A stretch of 64,000 nucleotides of DNA. It comes from a bacterium. GTDB taxonomy: Bacteria > UBA8248. The position numbers and the translations under genes were made by a program. The notes below the pieces were generated by a model, which had not been told where the DNA came from, ran no database searches, and saw only the letters and a program-made list of their open reading frames with translations. The stretch is taken from contig OZ241875.1 in NCBI GenBank assembly GCA_965203325.1, forward strand, positions 2,752,001 to 2,816,000, in the 5' to 3' direction. This document shows positions 1 to 10,218 of this stretch, in pieces (positions within the stretch are counted from its first letter, which is position 1; the number at the start of each line of letters is the position of its first letter).

Positions 1-44
1 TGATCGGCTGGATCGAGCGCGAACTCCTCTTCGTGGGGGCCTGA
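1..44 (+). CDS. ureG: 3' end of probable urease accessory GTPase UreG (partial)
   Basis: Frame reads ...IGWIERELLFVGA* and its stop overlaps the ureD start (TGATG); resembles UreG C-termini; only 13 codons visible. Confidence 0.5.
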   Translation, partial: IGWIERELLFVGA

Positions 45-901
45 TGCCGCTCGCAAGCGCCACCGCGCCCTCCCGGGTGGGACGCCACGGCGTCGCGCTC
101 GCGCGTTTCGCACGCGCGAATGGGCGGACGTATCTCGCGGATTCATTCTTCCGCGTGCCGCTTCAAGTGATGCGCCCCCTCTACCCCGAGGGGGAGGCGC
201 CTGCCCACATGACGCTCATCAACCCCACGGGTGGGCACGTGGGCGGCGATCTGCTCGAACTCGAAATCGCGCTCGATGAGGGGGCGCGCGTCTTGTGGAC
301 GACGCAGGGAGCGACCAAGGTCTACAAGAGTCTGGGCGAGCCGGTGGTATCGACGACCAGGATCGAGATGGGCGCAGCGAGCGGCCTGGAACTCCTGCCC
401 GACCCCGTCATCCCCTATGCCGATTCCATCTACATCCAGGAGACGCGAATCTCCATGGCCGAGGGCGCGAAACTCCTCTACGGGGAATCGATCTATCATG
501 GCCGGGTCGCTTCGGGCGAGCATTTTGATTATTCAACTCTGGGGTTGAAACTGCATATCGACTACGGGGGCGCGCCCCTCTTGCGCGACGTGATGGAGGT
601 GCGGCCGGAAGATTCGAATCCCGAGCGCCTGGGTCTGTTCGAGCCGTATCCTTATCTCGGTTCTTTTTACGTCGCCGGCGGCGCGGATGAAGAACTGAAC
701 CTCATCGCCGAGCGGGTCGATTCCCTGCTGGCGGGAGCTTCCGGTCTGGCGGGCGGCTGCTCAAGGCTCAACGGCCCCGGCGCGCTCGTCCGCTGGCTGG
801 CGGATTCGCCCGAAGTCTTGAGGAAGACCCACTTCGAAATCTGGAACGTCGCCAGATGCGCGCTTTTCGGCCGGGAGGCGACGCCGCTCAGGAAGTTCTA
901 G
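44..901 (+). CDS. ureD: Urease accessory protein UreD/UreH
   Basis: PLQVMRP, NPTGGHVGGD, TTQGATKVYKS, PDPVIPY and GRVASGE motifs typical of UreD; 285 aa. Confidence 0.9.
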   Translation: MPLASATAPSRVGRHGVALARFARANGRTYLADSFFRVPLQVMRPLYPEGEAPAHMTLINPTGGHVGGDLLELEIALDEGARVLWTTQGATKVYKSLGEPVVSTTRIEMGAASGLELLPDPVIPYADSIYIQETRISMAEGAKLLYGESIYHGRVASGEHFDYSTLGLKLHIDYGGAPLLRDVMEVRPEDSNPERLGLFEPYPYLGSFYVAGGADEELNLIAERVDSLLAGASGLAGGCSRLNGPGALVRWLADSPEVLRKTHFEIWNVARCALFGREATPLRKF

Positions 902-977
902 GGGCGCGCCTGGATGTGTGCGTTCTCGACGAAGCGGATTCGTGAAATCTCCTGGCGAGTCAAAACGCGATGGTTCT

Positions 978-1118
978 GTAGGGGTCAGACATATATGTCT
1001 GACTGTGTGTCCTCCCCCGGCACGTCGTTTTGATTGTGAGCCGTATGTAGGGGCCGCATACATGCGGCCCATGATCGGACGGCGAAAAATCTTGGGTCGC
1101 ATATATGCGACCCCTACA
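978..1118. repeat. GTAG-type REP palindromes: a single REP (978-1003) plus an inverted REP pair (1046-1118)
   Basis: GTAGGGGTCAGACATATATGTCTGAC; TGTAGGGGCCGCATACATGCGGCCC...GGGTCGCATATATGCGACCCCTACA; near-identical pair at 19152-19223. Confidence 0.8.
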
Positions 1119-1137
1119 GACCAAACCCGGCCGAGAA

Positions 1138-1395
1138 GGGGTTGTTAAAAAAGTTCCGTGGAGCGATTTTGGGAATTCAGGTAACCGACGAGAGAGAAGA
1201 AATCAACTCCCCCCTTGAGGGGGAGTCGAAGAGGCCGAGTGGTTTGTGCGAAGGCCGATTCGGTGGGGGGAGCTTTTTCTGTGGCATGTCCCCCCACCGA
1301 TTCGCTTGCGGGCTTGCGCCCTTAGCTCATCGACTCCCCCTCAAGGGGGGAGTGAAATTCAACACGCCTCCTCAGTGGACTTTTTCAACAGCCCC
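1138..1395. mobile_element. MITE-like element with GGGG(C/T)TGTT(G/A)AAAAA terminal inverted repeats, containing a CTCCCCCCTTGAGGGGGAG palindromic repeat (1203-1355)
   Basis: GGGGTTGTTAAAAAAGT at 1138 and ACTTTTTCAACAGCCCC ending 1395; same ends recur at 17690/19263. Confidence 0.6.
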
Positions 1396-1413
1396 CTAAA
1401 GTCCGGCGCGCTG

Positions 1414-2436
1414 CTACTCCGCCGTGCGCTGGAAATGGGGGAGGACTTCTTCACCTAACAGGCGGATCGCGTTCATGATCTTGGCGTGATCAAGCCCCGG
1501 GAACTGCATGCGGAAGTGCATCGAGGTCGTTCCGAGTTCATCCCGGTATCGTTCGATCTGGCGGATGCAGTCATCCGGCGAGCCCAGGATGAAGCGCTGC
1601 CTAAGATTTTCCGTGGCCTCGGCGCCCCGCTCCACCGGCCGGCCCTCGTCGTCCACGAGATGCCCCCAATCGAGATACTCCTGGTAGTTGTAGAGGATGG
1701 GTTCGCGCGCCTCCTCCCAGGCTTGCTCGCTCTCTTCGGCCACGTAGGCTTCTCGCCTTAAGGGAAACTCCACGCCGGACGCGTCCTTGCCCGCCTCGGC
1801 CAGGGCGTCGAGATAGACCTGTTTCCGCTCCTTGAGCAGCTTGAGCGGCGTGACCGGATCGGCGAGCCATGCGTCTCCCATGCGCGCGGCGCGGCGGACG
1901 GCGGCGGGCAGCTTGGCCCCCACCCAGATGGGCGGGCAGGGCTTCTGTTCCGGGCGGGGCATGAGGGTGACGTCCTCCATCGGGAAGCAGGGGCCCGGGT
2001 GCGTCACGCCCCGCTCCGTCAATAACCGGCGAAGGAGCCCTAAAGCTTCTTCGAAGCGCGCGGCGCGGTCCTCGAAAGGAACATTGAACGCCGCGAATTC
2101 CTCCCGCCTGTAGCCAAGTCCCACCCCCAGCACGAAACGGCCCCGGGACATGATGTCCAGCACCGCGGCGTCCTCGGCCACCGACAGCGGGTGATAGAAG
2201 GGCAGGAGGAGGACGCAGGTGCCGACGCGCATCTTCTCCGTGCGGGTGGCGATGCCGGCGGCGGTCACCATGTTGGAGGGGAAATAGCCGTTGTCCTCCA
2301 CCATGTGGTGCTCGCTCGTCGTCACCATGTCGAAGCCGTACTGCTCCGCCAGTTCGATCTGCTCCAGCGAATTGTGATAGGCGTCCACCCAGTGCCCGGT
2401 GCGGGACTGGTAGCTGTAGTGCAACGCGAACTTCAT
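1414..2436 (-). CDS. LLM-class (luciferase-like) flavin-dependent oxidoreductase
   Basis: SEHH, AEDAAVLDIMSRGRFVLGVGLGYRREEF, PPIWVG; start taken at MKFALHY behind a GGAGG RBS. Confidence 0.9.
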   Translation of the reverse strand: MKFALHYSYQSRTGHWVDAYHNSLEQIELAEQYGFDMVTTSEHHMVEDNGYFPSNMVTAAGIATRTEKMRVGTCVLLLPFYHPLSVAEDAAVLDIMSRGRFVLGVGLGYRREEFAAFNVPFEDRAARFEEALGLLRRLLTERGVTHPGPCFPMEDVTLMPRPEQKPCPPIWVGAKLPAAVRRAARMGDAWLADPVTPLKLLKERKQVYLDALAEAGKDASGVEFPLRREAYVAEESEQAWEEAREPILYNYQEYLDWGHLVDDEGRPVERGAEATENLRQRFILGSPDDCIRQIERYRDELGTTSMHFRMQFPGLDHAKIMNAIRLLGEEVLPHFQRTAE

Positions 2437-2613
2437 GTTTCGTCCTCCAGAACGCATGCGGTTTCATCGAAAATGGCCGCGTTCCCGCCAGGTGACGCGA
2501 AGCCCGGGGGCGGCGATTTCAAAGGCGAACTTCGCTCCGCGCCCCCGGCCCGCCTCAGGCGCCGGGGCCGGCCGGGGGCCGTTATTCGGCCTCGCGCAAC
2601 TGCCGCGAGGCGG

Positions 2614-3576
2614 TTATTTCTTCTTCACGAGCTTGTCCACGAGCGCCTTCATGTTCTTGTTTTCCTCCACCATGAAGGATTCGAAGTCCTTTCCGCTCAT
2701 GTAGATCACCCGCTCGCCCATGCGCTTCACCATGGACTGGAAGGATTTGTCCTTCACCCCCTTGTCGAAGGCCGCCCGGAGCTGGGCCAGGATGTCCGCG
2801 GGCGTCTTCCTGGACGCGAAGACCGTCCGGAACATGGCGAACTGCACGTCGAAGCCCTGCTCCTTCATGGTGGGCAGGTCGGGAAGCTGGGGCAGCCGGT
2901 CCGGCGCCGTGATGGCGAGAACGCGGACATTTCCCTTGGAGAGTTGCGGCATTACCGTGGAGGCGAAGGCGGGGGCGATATCGATGTGCCCGCCGAGGAA
3001 GGCCTTCCAGGTGGGGCCGCCGCCCTGGAACGGGACGAACTTCAGCTTGATGCCCGCCTTGAGCGAGAGAAGCTCCATGGGAATCTGGTCCACCCCCAGG
3101 CCGGGGACGCCCCCGAAGGAGATCTTGCCCGGCCTGCGCTTGGCGTCCTCGATCAGATCGCGCAGGTTCTTCCAGGGGGCGTCTTTCTTCACGGTGATGA
3201 GAAGCGGGCTGTAGTTGATCCGCCCCACCGGCACGAAGGACGCCGAGGTATAGGGAAGGCTCTCGATGAGAGGCTTCACCAGGATGCTCTGCTGGTCGCC
3301 CAGGATCAGGGTGTGGCCGTCCGCCCGGGCGCGGGCCACGAAGCTCGCTCCGATGGAGCCGCCGCCGCCCGCCCGGATGACCGCGAGCATGGGCTGGCCC
3401 AGATAGGGTTCCATGACGCTCGCGAAGGCGCGCGCGTGCGCGTCGTGCGAGCCGCCCGGCGAATAGGGAATGACCAGCCGGACGGGCTTGTTCGGGAACT
3501 TCGCTGCCTCCGCCTGGGTCGGCGCCAGCCACAGCGCCATGGCCGCGATGAGCAAAACTGCCGAGAGTCGTTTCAT
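2614..3576 (-). CDS. tctC: Tripartite tricarboxylate transporter substrate-binding protein (TctC/Bug family)
   Basis: Signal peptide, FPNKPVRLVIPYSPGGSHD, ADGHTL, VPFQGGG, LPDLPTMKEQG. Confidence 0.9.
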   Translation of the reverse strand: MKRLSAVLLIAAMALWLAPTQAEAAKFPNKPVRLVIPYSPGGSHDAHARAFASVMEPYLGQPMLAVIRAGGGGSIGASFVARARADGHTLILGDQQSILVKPLIESLPYTSASFVPVGRINYSPLLITVKKDAPWKNLRDLIEDAKRRPGKISFGGVPGLGVDQIPMELLSLKAGIKLKFVPFQGGGPTWKAFLGGHIDIAPAFASTVMPQLSKGNVRVLAITAPDRLPQLPDLPTMKEQGFDVQFAMFRTVFASRKTPADILAQLRAAFDKGVKDKSFQSMVKRMGERVIYMSGKDFESFMVEENKNMKALVDKLVKKK

Positions 3577-3645
3577 GGTGAGTCCCTCCTATGGGTTATG
3601 GTTGCCTTCTCTGAAATCGTGCGCCCAGATTCAGTGAAACCCTCC

Positions 3646-5151
3646 TCATTCATCGCTGCCCAGCGGGGTTCGGCGGCGGGCGCCCCAGACGACGAACCCC
3701 GCGGCCAGCAAGAGGAAAACGAGCGAAATAGGCCGGCGGACGAACAGGGAGAGGTCGCCGTCTCCCAGAATGAGCGATTGTCCGAGAGAGGACTCGAACG
3801 CCTGCCCCAGAATGAAGGTGATGATGAGGGGCGCGACCGGGAAATCGAATTTTCTGAGAAAATAGCCCACCGCACCGAATACCAGCATCACCTTCACGTC
3901 GAAGAAGCTGTTGTTCAGCGCGTATGTCCCCACCACGCAGAACGCCGCCACCACGGGGAAGACCGCCCGTTTCGGGAACCGCGCGATCATGGCCACGTAA
4001 CGCAGGCTGAAGTGCCCGAGGACGAGCATGAGGGCGTTGCAAAGCAGCATGGCGATCAGGATGCTGTAGACGATTGCGCCGTGCTCCTCGAAGAGGCGCG
4101 GCCCCGGCCGGAGCCCCTGCACCATGAAGGCGGCGAAGAGCACCGCGGTCACGATGTCGCCCGGAATGCCGAAGCTGAGCAGGGGGATGAGGCTCGAACC
4201 GTTCACCGCGTTGTTGCCGGTCTCGGCGGCGGCCACGCCCTCCAGCGATCCCTTCCCGAACCGTTCGGGCTCCTTCGACCTCCGGTGGGCCAGGCCGTAG
4301 GAGACGAACGCGGACACCACCTGGCCCAGGCCCGGTATCGCGCCGATGATCGTGCCGACCACCGCCGAGCGCGAGATCGTCCGGCCGCAGCTCTTGAACT
4401 CCTCCAGGGTCAGGGGTTCGTTGCCCTCGGCATGCCATGCGGTCACGCGCTTCTCGTCCTCGGCTTTGCGCTCCTCCCGGGTCCTCTCTCCGTAGAGGAA
4501 TATCTCGGAGAGCGCGAAGATTCCGATCAGCATCGCGATGAACGAGATTCCCCCGGTCAGGTCCACCGAGCCGAAGGTGAAGCGCCGCACCCCGATCAGG
4601 GGGTCGAGGCCGACCGAGCTCAGGAACAGCCCGAGGGCGGCGGCCATCAGCCCCCGGATCACCGAGCGGCCCGTGACGCAGCTGATGATGGCGAAGCTGA
4701 ACACGAAGATGGCGAAATATTCAGGCGGCCCCACCAGGAGGGCGACCGCCGCGATGGCGCCCGCGATGAAGATGGTGACGATATCGCTGAAGGTGTCCCC
4801 GATGACAGAGGAATAGAGCGCCATCTCGAGGGCCTTCCTCGCCTTGCCCTGCTGGGCGAGGGGGTAGCCGTCCAGGACGGTGGCCGCGGCCGCGCCCGTC
4901 CCCGGCGTGTTGATGAGAATCGCGGGTATCGATCCGCCGAATATCGCTCCCTTGGTGATGGCCAGGAGGAAGGGAATCCCCAGAACGGGTTCGACGAAGA
5001 ACGAGATCGGCAGCAGAACCGCCACCGCCATGGCGGCCGTGAGGCCGGGGAGGCCGCCCACCACGATCCCCAGCAGCATCCCGATCACCAGGACGGCCAG
5101 CACGTCGAAGCGCAGGCTCAGGAGCAGACCTTCTCCCAGCTGGGCCCACAC
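3646..5151 (-). CDS. tctA: Tripartite tricarboxylate transporter large membrane subunit TctA
   Basis: GGLPGL, FGGSIPAILINTPGT, LDGYP, EGVAAAETGNNA, GIPG; 501 aa, hydrophobic. Confidence 0.92.
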   Translation of the reverse strand: MWAQLGEGLLLSLRFDVLAVLVIGMLLGIVVGGLPGLTAAMAVAVLLPISFFVEPVLGIPFLLAITKGAIFGGSIPAILINTPGTGAAAATVLDGYPLAQQGKARKALEMALYSSVIGDTFSDIVTIFIAGAIAAVALLVGPPEYFAIFVFSFAIISCVTGRSVIRGLMAAALGLFLSSVGLDPLIGVRRFTFGSVDLTGGISFIAMLIGIFALSEIFLYGERTREERKAEDEKRVTAWHAEGNEPLTLEEFKSCGRTISRSAVVGTIIGAIPGLGQVVSAFVSYGLAHRRSKEPERFGKGSLEGVAAAETGNNAVNGSSLIPLLSFGIPGDIVTAVLFAAFMVQGLRPGPRLFEEHGAIVYSILIAMLLCNALMLVLGHFSLRYVAMIARFPKRAVFPVVAAFCVVGTYALNNSFFDVKVMLVFGAVGYFLRKFDFPVAPLIITFILGQAFESSLGQSLILGDGDLSLFVRRPISLVFLLLAAGFVVWGARRRTPLGSDE

Positions 5152-5152
5152 C

Positions 5153-5635
5153 CTAGAATACCCCGCCGAAAAGCCTGCCTTCCGGCAGTACGACGCCCAG
5201 AAAATGTCCGAAGAAGACCCAGATGAAGAGCGGGGTGAGCAGAACGATCAGCGCGAGGGTCCGCCATTCGCGCATCCCGAGTTGACAGGCGAACAGGGCG
5301 ACCGCGACCGGGGTGGCGGGAAGCATCCCGAACCACTCGACGAGGAAGATGTAGAGGACGAAGGTGGCGAACGGCGCCAGGGCGCGGGCCCGAAGCGGCC
5401 CGCCGGGAGGAGGCTCGCGCCCGGCGGAGGGTGCGAACCAGGCTCGCGCGGTCATCAGGGCGGCCATGAGCGCCAGCAGGGAGAGGGCCAGAGCGGGGAA
5501 GGCGCCGGGCGGAAACGGGATGGTCCGCTCCCCCAGCTTCCGGAGCAGCACCTGGCTGGGTATCAGCGCAAGCCCTGTCAGGCTGAAGGCGAGAACGAAA
5601 AGCCCGACCCACGTTTCCCAGTGAAATCGCTTCAT
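5153..5635 (-). CDS. tctB: Tripartite tricarboxylate transporter small membrane subunit TctB
   Basis: About 4 TM segments, PGAFP, C-terminal FGHFLGVVLPEG; directly upstream of tctA. Confidence 0.85.
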   Translation of the reverse strand: MKRFHWETWVGLFVLAFSLTGLALIPSQVLLRKLGERTIPFPPGAFPALALSLLALMAALMTARAWFAPSAGREPPPGGPLRARALAPFATFVLYIFLVEWFGMLPATPVAVALFACQLGMREWRTLALIVLLTPLFIWVFFGHFLGVVLPEGRLFGGVF

Positions 5636-6012
5636 GGTGCTCTGCCTCCAGCCGGGCGCTCATGACTGCAAGGCCGGCTCTCCGAGCAAAGCGCAGCGAT
5701 GATCGACCTGACGCTCCTCCGCGGAAAACGGCCCGGCGAAGGATCACGCTTCCGGCGGCCTTTTTGGGGGCCGAGGGAGCCGTCATTTCGATTTCTGCTA
5801 TGCGCACAGACTACGGGAGCGCGTCTTTCGGGTCAAACGGAATTGTTTCCCGACCCGCTCCGCGGCCGCTTTTTCACCGGGTGAGCATGGGGAAATCTCC
5901 TGTATGTTTTCCCTTTGCGATTTCGCCTCGGTTGCCACCTGAAAACCCCTTGTGTAGTGTTGATCGAACCGAAAAGACAGATTCTCTAAATTCCTGCACG
6001 AGGGAGGGTGCC

Positions 6013-7401
6013 ATGGCTACAAAGACCAAGGTAGATGTCCTGATCGAGAACGGAACCGTCGTCACCGTGGACCCTGAGCGGCGGGTCATCCGAAACGGCG
6101 CGGTCGCCATAACGAGGAACCGGATCAAGGACGTCGGGAAGGCTTCGGCGCTCCGGAAAAAATACGAGGCCAAGCGGACCTACGACGCCACCATGAAGCT
6201 CGTCACCCCCGGCCTCATCAACGCGCACATCCATTTCTACCACCACATGCACCGGGGTCTCTCGCCCGAGACCCTGGCGGGGATGATGTGGTCCGACTTC
6301 GTTCACCGCAAGGTCGCCACCATCGTGAGTGCGGAGGACGAGATATGGGGCGGACTCGGGATTCTGGTCGAAACCCTGAAGACCGGCGTTACGACCTTCC
6401 TCGAGGCGGGCTCCTACAACATCGGCCCCGTCATCGAGGGCGTCTCCCGCATCGGAATGCGGGGTCTGATGGGCCGCAGGTCCTTCGATATGGTGAGCCA
6501 GGGCCACGACATGCTGGTCGATAGCACCCGGAAGTGCCTGAACGAAAACGAGAAGTTCATGAAGGACTATCGGGGCGGGGTGGGGCTCGTGAAACCCTGC
6601 GTCGTCGTCGTGGGGATGGGGCGCTGTTCGGACAGGCTCTACGTCAAGTCCAAGGAGATGGCGGATGAGTACAAGACCATCCTCCACATGCACCAGGCCA
6701 ACATGATCGAGAACGTCCAGGAGAGCCTGAGCTTGAACGGCGCCCGCCCCATCGAGCACCTCTACAATATCGGCGCCCTCGGAAAGAACGTGGCCCTCAC
6801 TCACATGATCCACGTGAGCACGAAGGAGATCGGGCTTCTCGCCGAGACGCGGGCGAACGTCCTGCATTGCCCGAGCACCGCCATGAAGATCAGCTACGGC
6901 CTCTCCGCCTTCGGGAAGTTCCCGGAGATGATGGAGGCGGGCGTCAACGTCGCCATCGGGACAGACGCGTCCGACTGCTCGAACTTCAACGACATGGTGC
7001 GACTCATGTTCCTGGCGGCGGCGACGCCCAAGGACTACCGCTACGACCCGGCTGCGGGGAGCGCCGAGAAGGCCATCGAGATGGCGACCATCAACGGCGC
7101 AAAGGCGATGAACATGGAGCGGGAGATCGGCTCCCTGGAACCCGGCAAGAAGGCCGACGTCGCCATCTTCGACATGAATCGGCCGGACTGGGTTCCCCTC
7201 TACAACGAACTCCAGAATTTCGTCTATTCGGCCCAGGGCAACAGCTGCGAGAGCGTCATGATCGACGGGAAGTTCGTGATGGAAAACCGCGAGGTCAAGA
7301 CGATAGACGAGATGGAGATCGTGGCGCAGGTCGGGCGCCTGGCGAAAGGGGTCATGAAGCGGAGCAAGGTGCCGCTCTACAGCCCGTGGAAGTTCATCTA
7401 G
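6013..7401 (+). CDS. Metal-dependent amidohydrolase (MtaD/AtzA/TrzA-like deaminase family)
   Basis: PGLINAHIH, HMH, HCPS, GTD, GSLEPGKKADV; RBS GGAGG before ATG 6013. Confidence 0.88.
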   Translation: MATKTKVDVLIENGTVVTVDPERRVIRNGAVAITRNRIKDVGKASALRKKYEAKRTYDATMKLVTPGLINAHIHFYHHMHRGLSPETLAGMMWSDFVHRKVATIVSAEDEIWGGLGILVETLKTGVTTFLEAGSYNIGPVIEGVSRIGMRGLMGRRSFDMVSQGHDMLVDSTRKCLNENEKFMKDYRGGVGLVKPCVVVVGMGRCSDRLYVKSKEMADEYKTILHMHQANMIENVQESLSLNGARPIEHLYNIGALGKNVALTHMIHVSTKEIGLLAETRANVLHCPSTAMKISYGLSAFGKFPEMMEAGVNVAIGTDASDCSNFNDMVRLMFLAAATPKDYRYDPAAGSAEKAIEMATINGAKAMNMEREIGSLEPGKKADVAIFDMNRPDWVPLYNELQNFVYSAQGNSCESVMIDGKFVMENREVKTIDEMEIVAQVGRLAKGVMKRSKVPLYSPWKFI

Positions 7402-7428
7402 GCCCGGCTACCCGGACGAGGAACCCTC

Positions 7429-8562
7429 ATGACGCGCATCGCCACCACCCACGTCGGGTCGCTTCCCAGAAGCAAGCGGGCGCTGGATTTTCTCTTCGCC
7501 CGCGACCGCGAGGAGCCCTACGACGCGGAAGAGTTCGCCGCCTGCATGGCGGAAGAATGCGCGGAGACGGTCCGCAAACAGGTCGAAGCCGGGGTCGACA
7601 TCGTCTCGGACGGCGAGACGTCCAAGATTTCCTACACCACCTACGTCAAGAACCGCTACACCGGCTTCTCGGGCAACAGCGCGCGAGCCGTACCGGGGGA
7701 CCTCAAGCTCTTCCCGCGCTATCTCGAACGCCTCGCGAGCCAGGGCGGGACGCCCAAGCTCGTCCGCCCGCAATGCACCGGGCCGGTCGCGCCCAAGGAC
7801 GACTTGGAGCTTCGGGCCGACATCGCCAACATGAAGAACGCGATGGCGGCGCACGGTGCGGAGCGCGGATTCCTGAACGCGGCGTCGCCCGGTGTGGTCG
7901 CGCTGTTCATGCCGAACGCCTACTACCCCTCCCGCGAGGCCTACATGGAGGCCCTCGCCGACGCGATGAAGGCGGAATACGACGCGATACTCGCGGCGGG
8001 CTTCGACCTCCAGCTCGACTGTCCGGACTTGGGCCTTGCGCGCCACGTGCTGTATGAGGATCGCACAGACGCCGAGTTCGGCGAGATCGCGAAGGCCAAT
8101 GTCGAGGTACTGAACCACGCCCTGCGAGACGCCGACCCGGCGCGCGTGCGGGTCCACATCTGCTGGGGCAATTACGAGGGGCCGCACGTGTGCGACGTGG
8201 GGCTGGACCACGTGTTCTCCGCCCTGATGTCGGCCCGCGCGCGCTACGTCCTGTTCGAGAACGCCAACCCGAGGCATGAGCACGAGTGGACCGTATTCCG
8301 CGACCGGCTGGCCGAGATACCCGAGGAGACGATACTCGTGCCGGGCGTCATCGACACGACGAGCAACTTCGTGGAGCATCCGGAACTCATCGCGCAGCGG
8401 ATCGGGCGCTTCGTGGATATCTTTGGTCCGGAGCGGGTGATCGCCGGAACGGACTGCGGGTTCGGGACGTTCGCCGGTTTCGGTTCGGTCGATCCCGACA
8501 TCGTCTACGTCAAGCTCGCGGCCCTGGCCGAGGGCGCCGCCATCGCGTCCGGGAGAATCTGA
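7429..8562 (+). CDS. Cobalamin-independent methionine synthase II family protein (single MetE catalytic barrel)
   Basis: TTHVGSLPR, SDGE, Zn ligands HICWGNY and DCGFG, PGVID. Confidence 0.88.
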   Translation: MTRIATTHVGSLPRSKRALDFLFARDREEPYDAEEFAACMAEECAETVRKQVEAGVDIVSDGETSKISYTTYVKNRYTGFSGNSARAVPGDLKLFPRYLERLASQGGTPKLVRPQCTGPVAPKDDLELRADIANMKNAMAAHGAERGFLNAASPGVVALFMPNAYYPSREAYMEALADAMKAEYDAILAAGFDLQLDCPDLGLARHVLYEDRTDAEFGEIAKANVEVLNHALRDADPARVRVHICWGNYEGPHVCDVGLDHVFSALMSARARYVLFENANPRHEHEWTVFRDRLAEIPEETILVPGVIDTTSNFVEHPELIAQRIGRFVDIFGPERVIAGTDCGFGTFAGFGSVDPDIVYVKLAALAEGAAIASGRI

Positions 8563-8630
8563 GGCGCGCCGGTTCCCTCGCGCCCGGCCGGGTGACGCCA
8601 AGCCGGGGGCGGCGATTTCGTAGGCGAGCT

Positions 8631-10025
8631 TTACTCCGAACTTTTGGACGCGGCGCGCGGGACGAACCGGCCGTAGCCCGGCTCCTGCACGAGCTCCCCG
8701 TCCCGGAGGAGCGGCTTGCCGCGCAGGAGGCTGTGCTCCAGTTTCCCTTTGAGCTCCCATCCCTCGAATAGCGAGTAGTCGGAATTCGTGTGCTGGCCCG
8801 ACGCCGTCACGGTTGAGCGCCCTTCGGGGTCGATCACGACGAGGTCGGCGTCCGAGCCGACGAGGAGCGCGCCTTTCTGCGGGTAGCAGCCCAGGGTGCG
8901 CGCGGGGTTCTCGCTCGTGATCTGCACGAGGCGCTCGGCGGAAATCCGCCCGCGGGCGACTCCCTCGCTGTAGAGAACGGGCAGGAGCGTCTCGATGCCG
9001 GGCGCGCCGAAGGGCGACTGGGTGAAGGGCGGGTCGTTCTTCTGCGCCTGCGTGTAGGGGGCGTGATCGCTCCCGATGAGGCTGATCCATCCCTCCTCGA
9101 TGCCCTTCCACAGCGCGGCGATGTCCGCCTCCGCCCGCAGCGGAGGCGCCACCTTGGCCGGTGCGCCCATCTCCCGGATGGCATCCCCCGTCAAGGTCAG
9201 GTACTGCGGGCAGGTTTCCACGACGATGTCCTTTCCGGCCGTCAGCCCGCGCCGCGCCTCATCCAGGGCCAGTTCCGCCGTCAAGTGAACGATGTAAAGC
9301 GGGCAGCCCGCGAGATCGGCCAGGCGGATCGATTTCGCGACCGACTCGGCTTCCAGCTCCGGCGGGCGCGAGTATTCCTGAAAGTCGGCGCCGTCCATTC
9401 CGGCGTCGAAGGCCTTGTTCTCCAGGTAGTCGATGACGGGGCCGTTTTCGGCGTGGACGAGCACGGTGCCCCCGTGACGCCCAACGATATCGAGCGCCGC
9501 GTAGAAGTATTCGTCCGGGATGCAGCGCCCGCGGCCCCGCTTCTTGTAGCCCATCATGACCTTGAACGTCGTGACGCCGCCCTCGATGGCCCTGGGTATC
9601 TCGGCGAGGTAGTCGAAGTCCTCGAATATCCAGGCGTGCAGCGAGAAATCGACCACGCTCCCCGCCTCGCCCTCCTCGCGGATGCGGTCCAGCGTGGTGA
9701 GCATGGTCTCGTTCTCCTCGCCGGTGGCGAAGACGATCATGGTGGTGACGCCCCCGTGGGCGGCGCTTCGGGCCACGTCGGCTAAGGAATCGATGTGGTT
9801 CGAGTACGCCCTGCAGTGGACGTGGGGGTCGATGACGCCGGGCATGACGAGCTTGCCCGTCACGTCCAGCACCTCTTCGGCTGCCGGCATATTTTCCGGC
9901 GCGCCGATACAGGCGACCTTCCCGTCCCGGACGCCGAGAGCGGCCTCCTGGCGGCCCTGGCCGGATACGAGCGTGCCGCCCCTCACGAGCAGGTCGAGCG
10001 GTTTCTGGTGGGTACTGTCTGACAT
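8631..10025 (-). CDS. Cyclic amidohydrolase (dihydropyrimidinase/allantoinase family)
   Basis: PGVIDPHVH, GGVTT, FK, HAEN, ETCPQYL, PPLR, SDHAP. Confidence 0.88.
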   Translation of the reverse strand: MSDSTHQKPLDLLVRGGTLVSGQGRQEAALGVRDGKVACIGAPENMPAAEEVLDVTGKLVMPGVIDPHVHCRAYSNHIDSLADVARSAAHGGVTTMIVFATGEENETMLTTLDRIREEGEAGSVVDFSLHAWIFEDFDYLAEIPRAIEGGVTTFKVMMGYKKRGRGRCIPDEYFYAALDIVGRHGGTVLVHAENGPVIDYLENKAFDAGMDGADFQEYSRPPELEAESVAKSIRLADLAGCPLYIVHLTAELALDEARRGLTAGKDIVVETCPQYLTLTGDAIREMGAPAKVAPPLRAEADIAALWKGIEEGWISLIGSDHAPYTQAQKNDPPFTQSPFGAPGIETLLPVLYSEGVARGRISAERLVQITSENPARTLGCYPQKGALLVGSDADLVVIDPEGRSTVTASGQHTNSDYSLFEGWELKGKLEHSLLRGKPLLRDGELVQEPGYGRFVPRAASKSSE

Positions 10026-10218
10026 GGAAAACCTCCCTTGCGGACGGCCGCCGGCGCCGGAACAGGCCCTTCACGCCCGCCCCTCTTATGGCGAAATGAC
10101 CCGTCGACGAAGCGGCAATCGAATTGTAATGCTTTCGCTGATGAAGGAGGAGCATACCATAAAATCCGCCCGGGTCGCCTGTGAATGGGGGATCGCAGCG
10201 GCGGGTCGTATAGAGGAT

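Noticed and set aside
918..1458. Short ORFs across the repeat clusters (also 10233-10951 and 19016-19772)
   Set aside because: Translations of palindromic repeats (e.g. recurring GRIYATPT, PPQGG); no RBS or domain evidence
2191..5226. 1011-aa plus-strand ORF, and similar long antisense ORFs (7408-9111, 10713-12146, 15619-17457, 17685-18944, 21489-22844)
   Set aside because: Shadow frames of well-supported genes in GC-rich DNA; Arg/Gly/Pro-rich with no recognisable motifs
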